Shown: positions 11,135 through 24,179 of the stretch, piece after piece
Layout of the letters: each line of letters opens with the position of its first letter
Position numbering within the stretch: position 1 is the first letter of the stretch
From: Dimargaris cristalligena
Lineage: Eukaryota
DNA: 34,519 bases
NCBI GenBank assembly: GCA_003614675.1
Contig: ML002389.1
Location: forward strand, 1 to 34,519
Direction: 5' to 3'
The notes under the pieces: model-generated
What the model saw: only the letters and a program-made list of their open reading frames with translations
The model's database searches: none
Told to the model about the DNA's origin: nothing
Made by a program: the position numbers and the translations under genes

Positions 11135-14100
11135 TTAAATATTATTATGAGATCCTAATCAATTAACATATTGACCTAAAGAAGTAGCATTAATAACAAT
11201 AGGCATAAAAGCATGATGAATTCCACTTGGATAGAAACAGTCATTACGGACTGTACCCCCATATGATCGTAGCATGCAATTCTCACTGCACTACGCTCTA
11301 CTCTAGGATAAAAAAATTATAAATTAATTTATATAGATAAAAAAAAGAATCGTAAAATATCATAATTAAATAACTTTATTACAATTTTTATGTATTAAAG
11401 TAAGATTATTTAATTTATTAATATGTGGAAAAATATAATATATTTCTATAGAACAATATGAAATATTAATTAATTCTTCAACTAAAGATGATTTACATAA
11501 AAAACATATACCTTTATCACGTTTAAAAAGATAAGTAAATAAAATATAATAATTATAATTATATAATGTATGAAAATAAATTGCTTTTTTAATAAAATAT
11601 AAATTATCTCTATAATAATCTATTTTTTTATTATTTATAAAAATTTTAGCAGAAACAATTTTCTTAATATTATCAGGTCAAATAAAAAAATTAAATTTAG
11701 GAACTTTATATAATTTACCATCCGGACTTTTTTTAGAAATACCAAAAAAAAATTTAATATTAGATTTATGAGAAGTAATTAGATTACTGAAATAATATCG
11801 ATAAACTTTATAAATTGAAACTTTAGGATATTTTTTTCTTAATCATATAATAATTCTTCTGTACAATCAGGCTTTTAAATAATTTAAAATACCTTTAGAA
11901 TGTGAAAAAGAATAATAATTAACTCATTCTTTTATAATAGGATTTAATTCATTTATAATAAAATAAGCTGAATTATTTTGTTTAGAATCTAAATATTTTT
12001 TTATAAAATTACATAATATAGATAAAAATTGTAAAGAAGGATGTACATATAATTTAGGTAAACCAGTATCTTTTCTACCTAATATAGAATATCTAAGATG
12101 AACAAAAGAATTTTTAATAAGATTAGTTCTAATTAAAAATACAAATGTATAACCTAAAAAATCAAATGGAGTATTAATTTTAAAATTAAAAATTAAAATA
12201 GATGAAGGAAAATATTCTAATCCTCTTTGTATTAAAAATTTATTAAATTTATTAGATATTGTAGATATATTTGATGGTGAATTAGAAATAACTAAAAATT
12301 CATTAAGATATCTAAAAAATTGAAGATAAGGTAAATTAATATATTTAAATTTTCTTAATAAATGAATATAAGAATATTTTAATGTATTAGAATTATCAAT
12401 AATATATGATTCTAGACCATTTAAAGATAAATTAATAAATAATGGATTAATTATACCACCTGGATGTATTTCTTCTTTATTAAATTCAATTAATCCTGAT
12501 TTTAATCAAGTTATTAAAATATATTTATATTTAGGTGGAAAAGGAGTATATTTTAATAATCATTCAAAATATATAGAACAATTATTTTGTAACTGGATAT
12601 GTGAAATTCAAATATAAATTGGTTGAATATTTTTACCTTTTATTTTATTTTCTAAATATTTTTGTATATTACCTATAGCAACTATTTTATTTTTACCATA
12701 ACTATAATTATATAAATTACCTTCAATAATAGGATCTAAAATCAAAAAAAACAATTGTAATATAGCACGATCAATAATAGTAGGAATATAAAAAGAGGAA
12801 CCAAATTTACGATTTATAGTTTTAAATGGTAAAGGATTTTTATTTCTAAAACCTTTTAGATCCTTTAATAAATTTATTTTATCATTTATATTATTTCTTA
12901 ATATTTTATTATCTATTCCTGGTATAGTAGCACTTCAATTATTTTGTAAATTTTCTATAGCATATACTTGAAATAATAAACTATTTAATAAAAATTCCAT
13001 TATATAATATATTTTACGAAAATCTTTTTTTATATCTAAAGCAGATAGATTATATTGACAAGTATTAATATATTCTCTTAATTTAAGTCTATGAGTAATA
13101 GAAATTCAATTACCCTGTTTAATTATAAATAATATTTCATTTGTCAATTTTTTATTCACATAATCGCTTTTATCTCAAATTGTAAATTTGGTTTTTGTCA
13201 CTAATAGTGGTTTAAAAGCTAATGAATTCCATTCGCTCCTATAAGCAAGGAAATTTGGATAACCACATCTATGATGGATAATCTTGGTTCCTATCTTGCC
13301 CCCGGTAACCATATAATAAAGTTGCCTAAATAATATCCCTATAAAGGGTATTCGTAAAATTAAATTATACGATAGGTTAAGAAGATAAATATAAATATAA
13401 ATCCTTACGAGGTGACCTAGCTTACTTATGTTAACCGAATTAATTTTAATGTTCTTCAGTCCTGTACTGCGGAATATAATTTCTTTTATTATGTTCGATA
13501 ATATGATCTTATGCCAAATCATATTCTTTATATTCAAATTAATATTAAATTTAGATATTAATTTTATAGGGAAACCATCATTATCCCAATAATGGGTTAA
13601 CACAGATTCAAACAGACTAGAACTCCATAAAAATTTTACCAGACACTTATAATGTCTTTTAATCTTACTCATTAGATTATATAACTCATGGGAAGTTATA
13701 ATACTAATTTGTTTTAATCCTAACTTATATAATAAAACGTCGCAAATTATACTAGGACGAGTAATAAAGGATACGAACAAATAAAAGATTTCCTTAAAGT
13801 CAACATACCTATCTAGTCGTAAACATAATTCCATACATTGTCCATAATATACACCAGGACGATTTATTAAAACAGAAGTTTGATTTAATCGACCAGGAAT
13901 AGCATCCATTTTTATACCTAAAGAAGGTACAGCAAATGAATGAATAACATCAGTACTAGTAATAATAAATCTAATATGAGTATTTATAGGTAAATTAATT
14001 CTATTATCTACTTCTAATAATCTTAATTGACCTAATTCTATATCATCAGTAGGAACCATATATGATTCAAAAGATATAGAAGAATTATCATCTAATATAT

Positions 14101-14557
14101 AATCAGAATATTCTAAACCTCAATATCATTGTTTACCACTAATTTTTATAGTTATTTCTGGATTAATTACTTCATCCATTAAATATAATAATTTAAAAGA
14201 TGGAAATGCTATAGCTGTTAATACTATAGCTGGTGAAATTGTTCATATTAATTCTATTAATTTTCCATGATTAAATTTATATGGAATAGTTACATTATTA
14301 AATCTTGTAAATATAGCTATAAATATATAACTTATTAATATAAATATTAATGTTAAATAAAAAAATATATTATCATGTAATAATGAAATACCTTCCATTA
14401 TTTTACTTGCTCCATCTTGAAATCCTATTTGTCAAGGTTCTGCTACATCATTATTAATTATTGAATAACTAGTCTTATCAAAAATATAATTAAATAACAA
14501 AGTTACTGCAATTAAAGTTAAACTTAAAATAAAATTTATATTTCAATTAAATAACAT
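11135..14557 (-). CDS. cox2: Cytochrome c oxidase subunit 2 (exons 14557-13823 and 11224-11135)
   Basis: [45 protein letters not shown]; CuA motif [16 protein letters not shown] is split by the intron; 274 aa. Confidence 0.95.
11225..13822 (-). mobile_element. Group II intron in cox2
   Basis: Domain V GAGCGTAGTGCAGTGAGAATTGCATGCTACGATC followed by domain VI GGGGGTACAGTC...GACTGTTTCTATCC. Boundaries are ambiguous by 1-2 nt because of sequence redundancy. Confidence 0.9.
11366..13822 (-). CDS. Intron-encoded reverse transcriptase/maturase, degenerate, in frame with cox2 exon 1
   Basis: RT-like blocks [16 protein letters not shown]...[31 protein letters not shown] (in place of RYADDF), and a C-terminal [10 protein letters not shown]...HKNC En remnant; stop TAA at 11366 is in the cox2 exon 1 frame. 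Confidence 0.85.
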
Positions 14558-15081
14558 GGTTTATAAATAATTTTTTTATACGAATATTTTCATTTAATAT
14601 ATAATATTGGGGTATATTAACTGATATACATAATTTATTATATAATGGAATAGAAGATTTATATATATAATCTAGATGTTTTAGATTTTTTAATTTTTTG
14701 TAAATACATTTTCATGATAAAAATTATCTGTATATAAAGTTAATCCTGCATCTTTATCATAATATTCATCATCCATTATTCAATATGCCAATCTTAGATT
14801 GAGGGAGTAATTAAACCAATCGTAGATTGGGGAATAATTTTAATTTTTTCATTATAAAATATTGCATAAAGATACTTAAGTATCTGGTAAACCATTTTAC
14901 ATAATAAGAATAATCATATATTAAATATATGAAATAAATATTGTTTTTTTTCTATACTTTGAGAATATTGAAAATAAGCATTATCATTATTATATTTTTA
15001 AACTAAAGTAAAATCACCCCACCAATATATTATATTGCTGTTTTCATTTATTTTAATATTATTATTCATTATTTATTATAA

Positions 15082-16193
15082 TTAAGAACCTCATCAATAT
15101 ATACTAATAAATAAGAATAATCATACTATATCCACGAAATGTCAGTAAATAATAGCAGATTCAAATCCATTATGATGAGTATCAGTTAAGTGATAAGATA
15201 ATATTCTTATAAAATTTACTAATAAAAATACAGCACCAATTATTACATGTAACCCATGAAAACCAGTACTAAAAAAGAAAGTACTACCATATATACCATC
15301 AGCAAAAGTAAATGGTGCATAATAATATTCATACATTTGAAACATAGTAAATATAAAAGCTAATAATATAGTTAAAAATAAAGATATTAATACACTTTTT
15401 CTATTACCAGCAATTAAACTATGATGAGCTCAAGTTACAGTACTACCTGAAGTTAATAAAATAATAGTATTTAATAAAGGTAATTCAAACTATCTAATAT
15501 ATAACTAAACCCAATACTTTGTATTATTTTTTTTTTATTTCAAATTATAAGAAATTAAATTACCTCTGCTACATAGTACGAATAAATTAATAATATAGAG
15601 TAGATCATATAATATATAAATAAATTAACACATTAATGTATTAAATGGAATAATAATTTATATAAGAGCGTATGATCGTTGAGGTTTTACTTAAAAATTA
15701 TTTAGTTAAATAAATATTACCTGCAGATTATTTTAATTCAAAAATATAAATTTTATTAAAATTCTCCGCATATAGCTCTTTTCGCATAGATTCAATTCTA
15801 ATGGCCCTTTGACAAAGGATTTAAAGTTTCAATTCCAATAGGTGGTCAATATGAAGCTAATTCTACAGTAGGAGATAAAGAACTATGAAAAAAAGCTCAA
15901 AATATAGAAATAAAAAAAAATATTTCTGATATTACAAATAAGATAAATCCTATTTTTATACCTTTTTCTACATTACTAGTATGATGACCTAAATAAGTAC
16001 TTTCTACTATTACATCTTTTCATCATAAAGTAGAAATTAAAAATAAAGATATTATACCTAAAGTTAAAGGATAACTTGAATAACCTTGGAATTTTAAAAC
16101 AGCCCCAAATGTAGTAATTAATAAAGAAATAGAAGTCATTAAAGGTCAAGGTGATGGGTCTACTAAATGAAAAGGATGTATTTGAAATTTCAT
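15082..16193 (-). CDS. cox3: Cytochrome c oxidase subunit 3 (exons 16193-15816 and 15489-15082)
   Basis: [55 protein letters not shown]; 261 aa. Confidence 0.95.
15490..15815 (-). mobile_element. Group I intron in cox3, no ORF (326 nt)
   Basis: Upstream exon ends in T, intron ends in G; core elements AATCTGCAGG, TCAACGATCA and ATATGATC. Confidence 0.85.
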
Positions 16194-16242
16194 GATAAAT
16201 TAAAATAAAATTATTGTTCCACAAGGGTGATATTTAACTGAA
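16118..16242. repeat. 125-bp direct repeat copy (cox3 5' leader plus first 25 codons)
   Basis: Identical by eye to 16862-16986 (offset 744). Confidence 0.92.
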
Positions 16243-16268
16243 TTATTATACGACAATATGCACAACTT

Positions 16269-16937
16269 TTATATATTAAGCGAATGATATACCATCATTA
16301 AACTTAATATTACTAATAAAAATAAAAATATTCCACACATTGTCCCTTCTAATACTATAAAAAATAAATTTGAGTTTTTATAGAAACTCAAAATATTTTG
16401 AAATATTGGTCATTTTACTTTCCAATACAAAGTATTAGCTATATAATTAGCTAAAATATAACCAAATACATTAATTAGACACAAAAGACATACTAAAGAT
16501 AAAAGAAATACTCCTCAACTAAATTGAGTCAAAGTTTCACTACCTTCAGGTATATTAATATCTAAATAATTTAATATAAAAGGTAATAAAATAGACTTAT
16601 TCGAATTGCTTGAAGAATTCTCCTTATTTTTGGACTCATCAGAATTGCCTGATTTATCCTTATCTGGATTCTCACCAGATTTCTTATCTTTATCTGAATT
16701 ATCACCCGATTTTTTAAAAGAATCTTTTATTACGGCTGCTCCAGCTCCTCCTGTCAAACCTTTAACAAGATTATCAAATATTTTTTGCGCACGTCCAGAA
16801 AAATTAATCAATTTAGGTCATAAATAAAACGTAAATGTAATTAACAGTACTGTAACTAAAGTTAATAAAGAAATAGAAGTCATTAAAGGTCAAGGTGATG
16901 GGTCTACTAAATGAAAAGGATGTATTTGAAATTTCAT
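16269..16937 (-). CDS. Chimeric hypothetical membrane protein, 222 aa, starting with the first 25 aa of Cox3
   Basis: Code-4 [45 protein letters not shown]...GLTGGAGAAV...(S/D/K/N-rich linker)...WGVFLLSLVCLLCLINVFGYIL...LMMVYHSLNI*. Confidence 0.75.
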
Positions 16938-16986
16938 GATAAATTAAAATAAAATTATTGTTCCACAAGGGTGATATTTAACTGAA
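16862..16986. repeat. 125-bp direct repeat copy (duplicated cox3 5' end)
   Basis: Identical by eye to 16118-16242. Confidence 0.92.
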
Positions 16987-17179
16987 CTACTACATAACAA
17001 TAAAAATCTGTAAACAATAAAAACAACACTTATAGTGCTGGGTAACTAATAAAAGTCATATAATCATTTTATATATTTTTAAACTACACGGGCTCTAATA
17101 TCTTTAAAAAAAATATAAAGCAATACGAAGTATTGGGACCCAGATAAAGTGATATAATATAAAAAGATTTAATAATATT

Positions 17180-18479
17180 TTAAGCAATAAAAGCTATTAA
17201 AATAGATAAATAAAAAACAAATAAAGCTAAAACTATAGGTAAAAGATAAGATCAACACATATTCATTAATTGATCAAAACGTAATCTTGGATAAGTTGCT
17301 CTAACTCAAATAAAACTAAATAATATAATACAAGTTTTTAAAGCTAAAGAAATAGGTTGAAAAATAGCTAAATAAGTATTATAACCTCCTAAAAATAATA
17401 AAATTCATAATACAGACATTAATATAATATTTAAATATTCCCCTAAAAAAAACATAGCAAAACTCAAACTAGAATATTCAGTATTAAATCCAGAAACTAA
17501 TTCAGATTCCTAAATACATTATTAAATTGACTTATAAATTTAAACATATAATTTTTATTACTGAAACTATATCTTTATATTTTTTAATATTGCTGCCAAG
17601 AAATAAAAAAACAGATATTGATAAAATATGATTATGCTTTAAATAAAAAATTTGTGTAAAAATAATGTAAAAAATGGATTTAATCTTAACCAGCACTATA
17701 AGTGTTGTTTCATCACATAAAATCTCTGAAGAAATAATAAAAATATATCTAAAAAAAAGAATATAAAAAGTATATCTTGCTAATTTAATTATTAATAAAC
17801 TTTTTTAGCATATAGTGATGTTTAAAGAGACCAAATCTTTATAATAGGGTTTAGCCTCTGGTAAATCAAAAGGAGCACGATTAGTTTCAGCTAAAATTGA
17901 AATAAAAAAAATCAAAGCAAAAGGAGCCAAAGGGAAAACAAAATATAAATAAAAAGATTCTTGTCTAATAACTATATCTGAAATTTTAAATGATTCACCC
18001 ATAAATAAAATTATTAATATAGTCATAGATATGATAATTTCATAAGATATAAGTTGAGCTGCTGATCTAATTGATCCAGATAAAGCATATTTTGAATTAC
18101 CACCTCAACCAGCTATAATAATAACTAATCCACTTAAAGAAGAGATAGCTAATATATAAAATATACTAATATTTAAATCTGAAATAAATACTCCTTTAGC
18201 AAATGGTATTACTGGTCATGCTAAAAAACTTAAAGTTAAAGATAATATTGGAGCCATTAAAAATAAAAATCGATCACTTTGTGAAGGAATAATAGTTTCT
18301 TTCATTAATAATTTAACACCATCACTAAATGGTTGTAAAATTCCATATACTCCAACTTTATTTGGTCCAATTCTTCTTTGTATAGAACCCATACCTTTTC
18401 TTTCAGCCAAAGTTAAATAAGCAATAGCAATTAATAAAGGTAATATAACTAATAAAACTTCAATAAAATTTAATAACAT
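17180..18479 (-). CDS. nad1: NADH dehydrogenase subunit 1 (exons 18479-17853 and 17509-17180)
   Basis: [58 protein letters not shown]; 318 aa. Confidence 0.95.
17510..17852 (-). mobile_element. Group I intron in nad1, no ORF (343 nt)
   Basis: Exon ends GCT, intron ends G, at the common PEA|ESE site; AAGATATAGT S-like element. Confidence 0.8.
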
Positions 18480-18530
18480 AATAAAATAAATTTATTGGTA
18501 ATTGAATGATATAATTCATATTATTTTTTA

Positions 18531-19097
18531 TTATAATGTTAATAATATTGGACCTATCATTGCTAATAATAAAGTTAATGTAGTTAATAATAATAAAATA
18601 GCTTTATCACTATATAAATTATAACCTATTAAAGATGTTGGTTCATAATGAATAAAAGAATTATCTCAATTAGATAAGTTAATTATAGAATAACTAGATA
18701 AATTTAAATCATTATTAAATTGAACTATTGAATCAAATATTATACCAACATCATAGGATGTTATAAATATTAATAATAAAGGAGATATAGCTAAAGAACC
18801 TATTCATAAATTAGGTGATCAAATTAAAGAAGTTCGATCTGATAATATTGAATATTTTGTTTTTACAGAATTTAATTCCAATACCTTAGTATTAATCATC
18901 ATAATTACAAATAAAAATAATATAGCAATTGCACCTACATATATTATTAAATAACTTAATCCTATAAAATATAATGATAAATTAATTAAATATAATGCAC
19001 TACATCCAAAAAGACTTATTAAACCTATAACTGAATATACTGGATTAATCGCGGTCAAAGTAAATAGACCAATTAGAATAATAATTAATGATAACAT
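18531..19097 (-). CDS. nad6: NADH dehydrogenase subunit 6
   Basis: NPVYSVIGLI, YLIIYVGAIAILFLFVIMM, LLLAMIGPILLTL*; reads through TGA to TAA 18531; 188 aa. Confidence 0.93.
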
Positions 19098-19169
19098 AAT
19101 GAATTTAATTTATTTAATTTATATATTATTATTTTACCTATGAATATTTATATATAATTTATTTATAAT

Positions 19170-19892
19170 TTAATTATCTAAAGCAACATCAATTAAAGTA
19201 TTTTCTAATATAGATATTATAAAAATTAATGGAAAATATAAAAAATAAAATAAAGTAGATATTTGACCTAATAAAATAAAAGGTTCTTCAACATGTTGGC
19301 TACCTAATCACAATAATAATAAAAAATTAAATACAAATAATCAAAATATTAATTTTGATATTGGTTTAAATATATTTCCTCTTATTCTAGAATAATCTAC
19401 ATATGGTAATACTAATAAAATTAATAATGAACCAAACATTGCTAATACTCCACCTAATTTACTAGGTATTGATCTTAATATAGCATAAAATGGTAAAAGA
19501 TATCATTCTGGTACTATTGAAGTTGGAGTTACCATAGGATTAGCTGGAATATAATTATCAGAATGACCCATAGAATTAGGATAAAAAAATACAACCAATG
19601 ATAAAATAAATAAAAAAGCAAATACACCAGCTAAATCTTTAAAAGTAAAATAAGGATGAAAAGGTATTTTATCTCCCTTTGAAGAAATACCTAATGGATT
19701 ATTAGACCCATCTGTATGTAAAGCAATTAAATGACCTATTACTAAAGCAGCTAAAATAAATGGTAATAAATAATGTAAACTAAAGAAACGATTTAAAGTA
19801 GGATTATCAACGCTAAATCCACCTCAAGCTAATTCAACTAAATGAGTTCCTATATATGGAATAGCTGATAATAAATTAGTTATTACAGTAGC
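19170..19892 (-). CDS. cob: Apocytochrome b, exon 3
   Basis: [13 protein letters not shown]...[10 protein letters not shown]...[18 protein letters not shown]...[11 protein letters not shown]; preceded by G at 19893. Confidence 0.95.
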
Positions 19893-20000
19893 CAATCGAC
19901 TATTATTTTTAAATTAGTCAGTAACAAAATAGATTCCAATATATTTATATTGACATTATTTGATTAGAAATTATATAATATATATATATAAATTTATATA
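19893..20000 (-). other. Putative 3' fragment of split cob intron 2 (group I)
   Basis: ACTGACTA...AATAGTCG-ATTG| : P7-like GACTA/TAGTC pairing and a terminal G. Confidence 0.5.
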
Positions 20001-20002
20001 AT

Positions 20003-20172
20003 TATAATTATAAATAAGCTGATTAATGTATATATTTATCTTGTATCATTTATATTTAGGTCAAATTTTATAAAAAAAAGTATTAAAGTACTAGGATATC
20101 CCTTTATTTTTACCATAATTTATATTATCTGATAATTATTCAGTTATATTCAGACTTTCCTTTATAATTAAA
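20003..20172 (-). ncRNA. rnpB: Mitochondrial RNase P RNA (reduced, ~170 nt)
   Basis: CR-I GGAAAGTCTGA (20150-20160) pairs with CR-V ACATTAATCAGCTTA (P4); P1 TAATTATAAA/TTTATAATTA; lies directly downstream of a tRNA. Confidence 0.8.
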
Positions 20173-20195
20173 TAAGTTATGTATATAACTAATTA

Positions 20196-20269
20196 TACTC
20201 ATTAAAGGGATTGAACCTTTAATCTACGATTTAGAAGATCGTGGCTTTATCCAATTAAGCTAAATGAGT
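20196..20269 (-). tRNA. trnR: tRNA-Arg(UCU)
   Basis: Cloverleaf ACTCATT/AATGAGT; anticodon arm ACGAT-CT[TCT]AA-ATCGT; T arm AAAGG-TTCAATC-CCTTT. Confidence 0.93.
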
Positions 20270-20318
20270 AAAAAAGAAATTTAAAAAAAATTATATAAAC
20301 AATTAGTCATAAGATAAA

Positions 20319-23300
20319 TTAAATAATAAAAAAAGTTAATAAAAAATATAAAATTAAATATACTAAATTTAATATCTCAAATTGAATTCCTAAAAATGCT
20401 ACAGATGATAATACTATAATTAAAGCTATTTCTGATGTAGATAGATCTATAGATTTAGAATTTAATATAGAACTAATTTTATAAATGGTTTTACTAATAC
20501 CATATGGTCCAAAATTATCATAAATACCTTTATCTCCTAATTTAGATGTAATATAAGTAATATAAAAAAAAGGATAAATAATTTTACTATTATATAGATA
20601 ATCAAATCAAAATCTATTTGATAAAAAACGAGTTAATTTACGATAAAAAGAAGTAGGATAAAATGAATTATATAAAAAACTAGATGGTAAATATTTATAA
20701 AATATTGATAATACTGAACCTAAAAATATAGCTAATATAGGTAAATAATAAGGTATAGAAAATTCAGCTTCCAATAATGAATAGTTATTTGGATGAATAA
20801 ATAAAGAATGAGATCAAGTTTCTACCCCTAAACCAATAAATATATCTTTTAAAAAAAAACCTATCATTATAGAAAAAATTGATAAAATAAATATAGGTAA
20901 AGTAAAATATATAGTTGCATATGAAGTTTTAGGATGAATTATAGATTTCATTATAGAATTAGATGATCTAGGTAAAGTAGTAAAAGTTAATTGAATTAAT
21001 TTTAAAGAATAAAATGAAGTTATCATAGCTGTTAATAAACCTAAGCCATACCCTAAATTTCCAGTATAAGCATATTTTGCATATCCTAATTCTAATATTA
21101 AATCTTTAGAGTAAAATCCACTTAAATAAGGTATAGCCATTAAACTAAATGATGCCGTCAATATACTGATATAAGTTAATGGAAGTATATGTATTAGACC
21201 TCCCATTTTTCTCATATCTTGTAAATCATTTAAAGCATGTATAATGAACATATCCAAATTTTCGTCCATCTTGGATATTGGACTATATTTTAATTATAAA
21301 TATTTATTATAATTTTTAACGTATAGTCTCTTGAGAAACCCCCATACTTCGTATAGGGGTATCCTGCTGATTAAGAAAAATATAACTTATTTCAGCAATT
21401 AGTTAAATTTTAAGCTAGCTTATTATAACCAGCTGATATAAATAATAATGCTTTAAAATAAGCATGATTAACTAAATGAAATAAACTTACAGAATAATTA
21501 GATAATCCTATAGCTACAAACATATATCCTAATTGAGACATAGTAGAATAAGCTATAACTCTTTTTAAATCATTTTGTATTAAACCAATTAAACCTGCAA
21601 TAATAGATGTTATACCACCTAATCATAATATAAATACTAATATAGTTGTATGATATTCTAACATTGGGGATAATCTTAATACTAAATATATTCCCGCTGT
21701 TACTAATGTTGCTGCATGTAATAATGCTGATACTGGTGTAGGCTATTATAATACCACCATTTTATAATGATGCTGGTAGGTATCTTAAAGGATTATTTAA
21801 TAAAAATATAAAAAATATATTTTCCATCGTATATAATCTCTGAGGCATCTTAAAAAATATTTATAAAAAGCCTGCTAATAATCAATTAATTCTAATAAAA
21901 TATCCCCCCAATCTATGATTGGTTTATTGGTGAATATATTATTATTTTAATAATGTTTTAGCATTTTACGATGTTTTAGGAGGGCCCAATATTCTAATAT
22001 ACTGTTTAAATAATTGTTATTGCAGTAGAATTATTAGAAATGATACAACCCTCCATAGCTGAAGGTAATCAAGTATGAAGACCTAATTGTGCAGATTTAG
22101 CCATAGCAGCTAAAATAAAAAATATTAATACTAAAGAAATTATTCTATGATTATATAAAGTATTAAATATATATAAACTATCTAAATCTATAATACATCC
22201 AGTTATAGTTAATAAAATTACCATAGCTATTACATAACCTCAATCACCTACCCTATTAAATAATAATGCTTGAATAGCTGATTTATTTGCTTCCATACGA
22301 GTATATCAAAAACATATTAATAAATATGAACATATTCCTATCAAACCTTAAAAATAAAAAAAAAGTAAATTTACGAATCATAAAATTGATATTTTCGTCC
22401 ATATTCAATTTATATTTACTTGCTTTATTTTTTATTTTCCTGTACCCAATATAAAAATATTGTGCCTTGGTTTTAATAAAGGTTTCGACTGTACATTAAG
22501 CACCATTTCAGGCACCCACTATTGAACCAGTCTGTCGCGATCTATAATTAAACCGACGATCTTAAAATTAAAGCAATTTCTTTGATCGTTTTCAACAATG
22601 TCGCTAAAAAATTAATATATTTTCTTAATTATAATTATTAATATATTATAAAATTTTTAACTATGATTAAGAATAAATATCAACAATTTTATTATTTTTA
22701 CCTAATTTATAATACATTGATTCTAACATATAAGGTTTAATTAATTTAGATCATATTTTGGCAGAATATGCATTTATTATTATAATATAACCTTTATTAA
22801 AACCTTTAGATTTCACTTTTAATTTTAAATTATATTTTTTATTTAGAATATTACATAAAATTTTATTTTCTTCTAAAGTAAAAGATTTATAACAAATTTT
22901 TAATTCATATCCTCCTCCTATTGAATTACCAGAATTCATAAATAAAATTGCTAATACAAAAGGAACTAAATAATTTTCAATATTATTAGGTAAAATTTTA
23001 GAATTATTTTTATAAAACATATCATAAATTCAATTAAAACTTAAAAAAGTATATGTTTTAAATTGATATAAAAAATGAATATTACCATTTTTATGAATTC
23101 TTTTTAAAAGTTTAGGTTTTTTTGTAGAACAATAATCTCTAATAGAAAAATATTTATGAAATCACATAAGATATTCCATATTATTATTACATAATTCAAA
23201 ATTTAATTTACTACCTAAAATACTTTTATTAAGATGTCCCCCTGTTATACAAATAGCAATTAATATTAAAATTGTTTTTTCATCATGGGGCACAAATTTA

Positions 23301-23866
23301 AAATTTGGTTTTTTGTTTATATTCAAAAATCTTTTAAATATTGTTTGAGTAATTGAGTAACTAGAATTGTTATCAAGTATCATAGATGCAATTATAAAAT
23401 AATTGTTATTTATTCTTAACCATTTAGGGTATAATAAAATGCCCTCTCAACCTATAAAAATTATTAATAAATTATTACCAGTTATTAATATAGACATAAA
23501 GAAAGTAAATAATGATAAATAAGTAAAAAATCTTTGAATATGAGGATCGTTACTCATATAATCTATACTAAATATTTGTACACAACTTGATACTATTAAT
23601 ATAGCTAATCACATTGATACAGTTAAACTATCTATTTTAAATTCATATCTTACATATAATGATCCTGCGTCAATTCAATCTGTTATATCTATAATTAATG
23701 GTGAATCACATATTACAACTTCATAATAAGCTAATATACCTAATATACTTGTAGTTATTATACATATATTACTTATTATATAACTCCCTTTTACTCCAAT
23801 TTTTCTACCAAATAATCCAGTTATTATACCACTTAATAATGGTAAAAATATTATTATTATATACAT
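20319..23866 (-). CDS. nad5: NADH dehydrogenase subunit 5 (exons 23866-23441, 22341-22048, 21742-21428, 21248-20319)
   Basis: [75 protein letters not shown]; ~654 aa. Confidence 0.93.
21249..21427 (-). mobile_element. nad5 intron 3, small group I intron (179 nt)
   Basis: P1 AGCTGGT/GCTAGCT with U-G pair; TTGCTGAAA, AATCAGCAGG, AAGAGACTA, AATATAGTCC; ends in G. Confidence 0.88.
21743..22047 (-). mobile_element. nad5 intron 2, group I (305 nt)
   Basis: At the common MEG|PTP site; ATTAGCAGG, TCAGAGATTA; ends in G. Confidence 0.85.
22342..23440 (-). mobile_element. nad5 intron 1 (after CDS nt 426), group ID
   Basis: ID-type core ATCGTCGG...GATCGCGACAGACTGG...TTAATGTACAGTCG at about 22485-22560; ends in G. 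Confidence 0.9.
22667..23440 (-). CDS. Intron-encoded double-motif LAGLIDADG protein, degenerate, in frame with nad5 exon 1
   Basis: Motif remnants [12 protein letters not shown] and [10 protein letters not shown]; typical blocks [42 protein letters not shown]. Confidence 0.82.
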
Positions 23867-24179
23867 TTTTTATTTTTTTATTGTGTCATTTTTTCCAGCC
23901 ACCTTCCGTATCTGGCATACAAAGTATGTTATACCTTATTTTATATTCTACTTTTAATTTTTTTTATTTTAATTTTTTTTTTACCACAAAACCAATATAA
24001 TTATTACCCATTTCGAAGATCTATTGATCTTGTTAACTGTATTATACCTGAACTAATCTTTATTTGTAGTTTTATATATAATATCATTATTATCCAAGCA
24101 GATATGGAATGAATCCTATTGGATAATATAAAATTAAATACTATCCGTACATATCTATTCCGTTGTTACATTTATTTTT

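Noticed and set aside
14690-14780. Short acidic minus-strand frame MDDEYYDKDAG...
   Set aside because: Under 30 codons and flanked by palindromes; no support for a gene.
15976-16827. ORFs 15976-16224 (-) and 16606-16827 (+)
   Set aside because: Alternate frame of cox3 and antisense of the 222 aa ORF.
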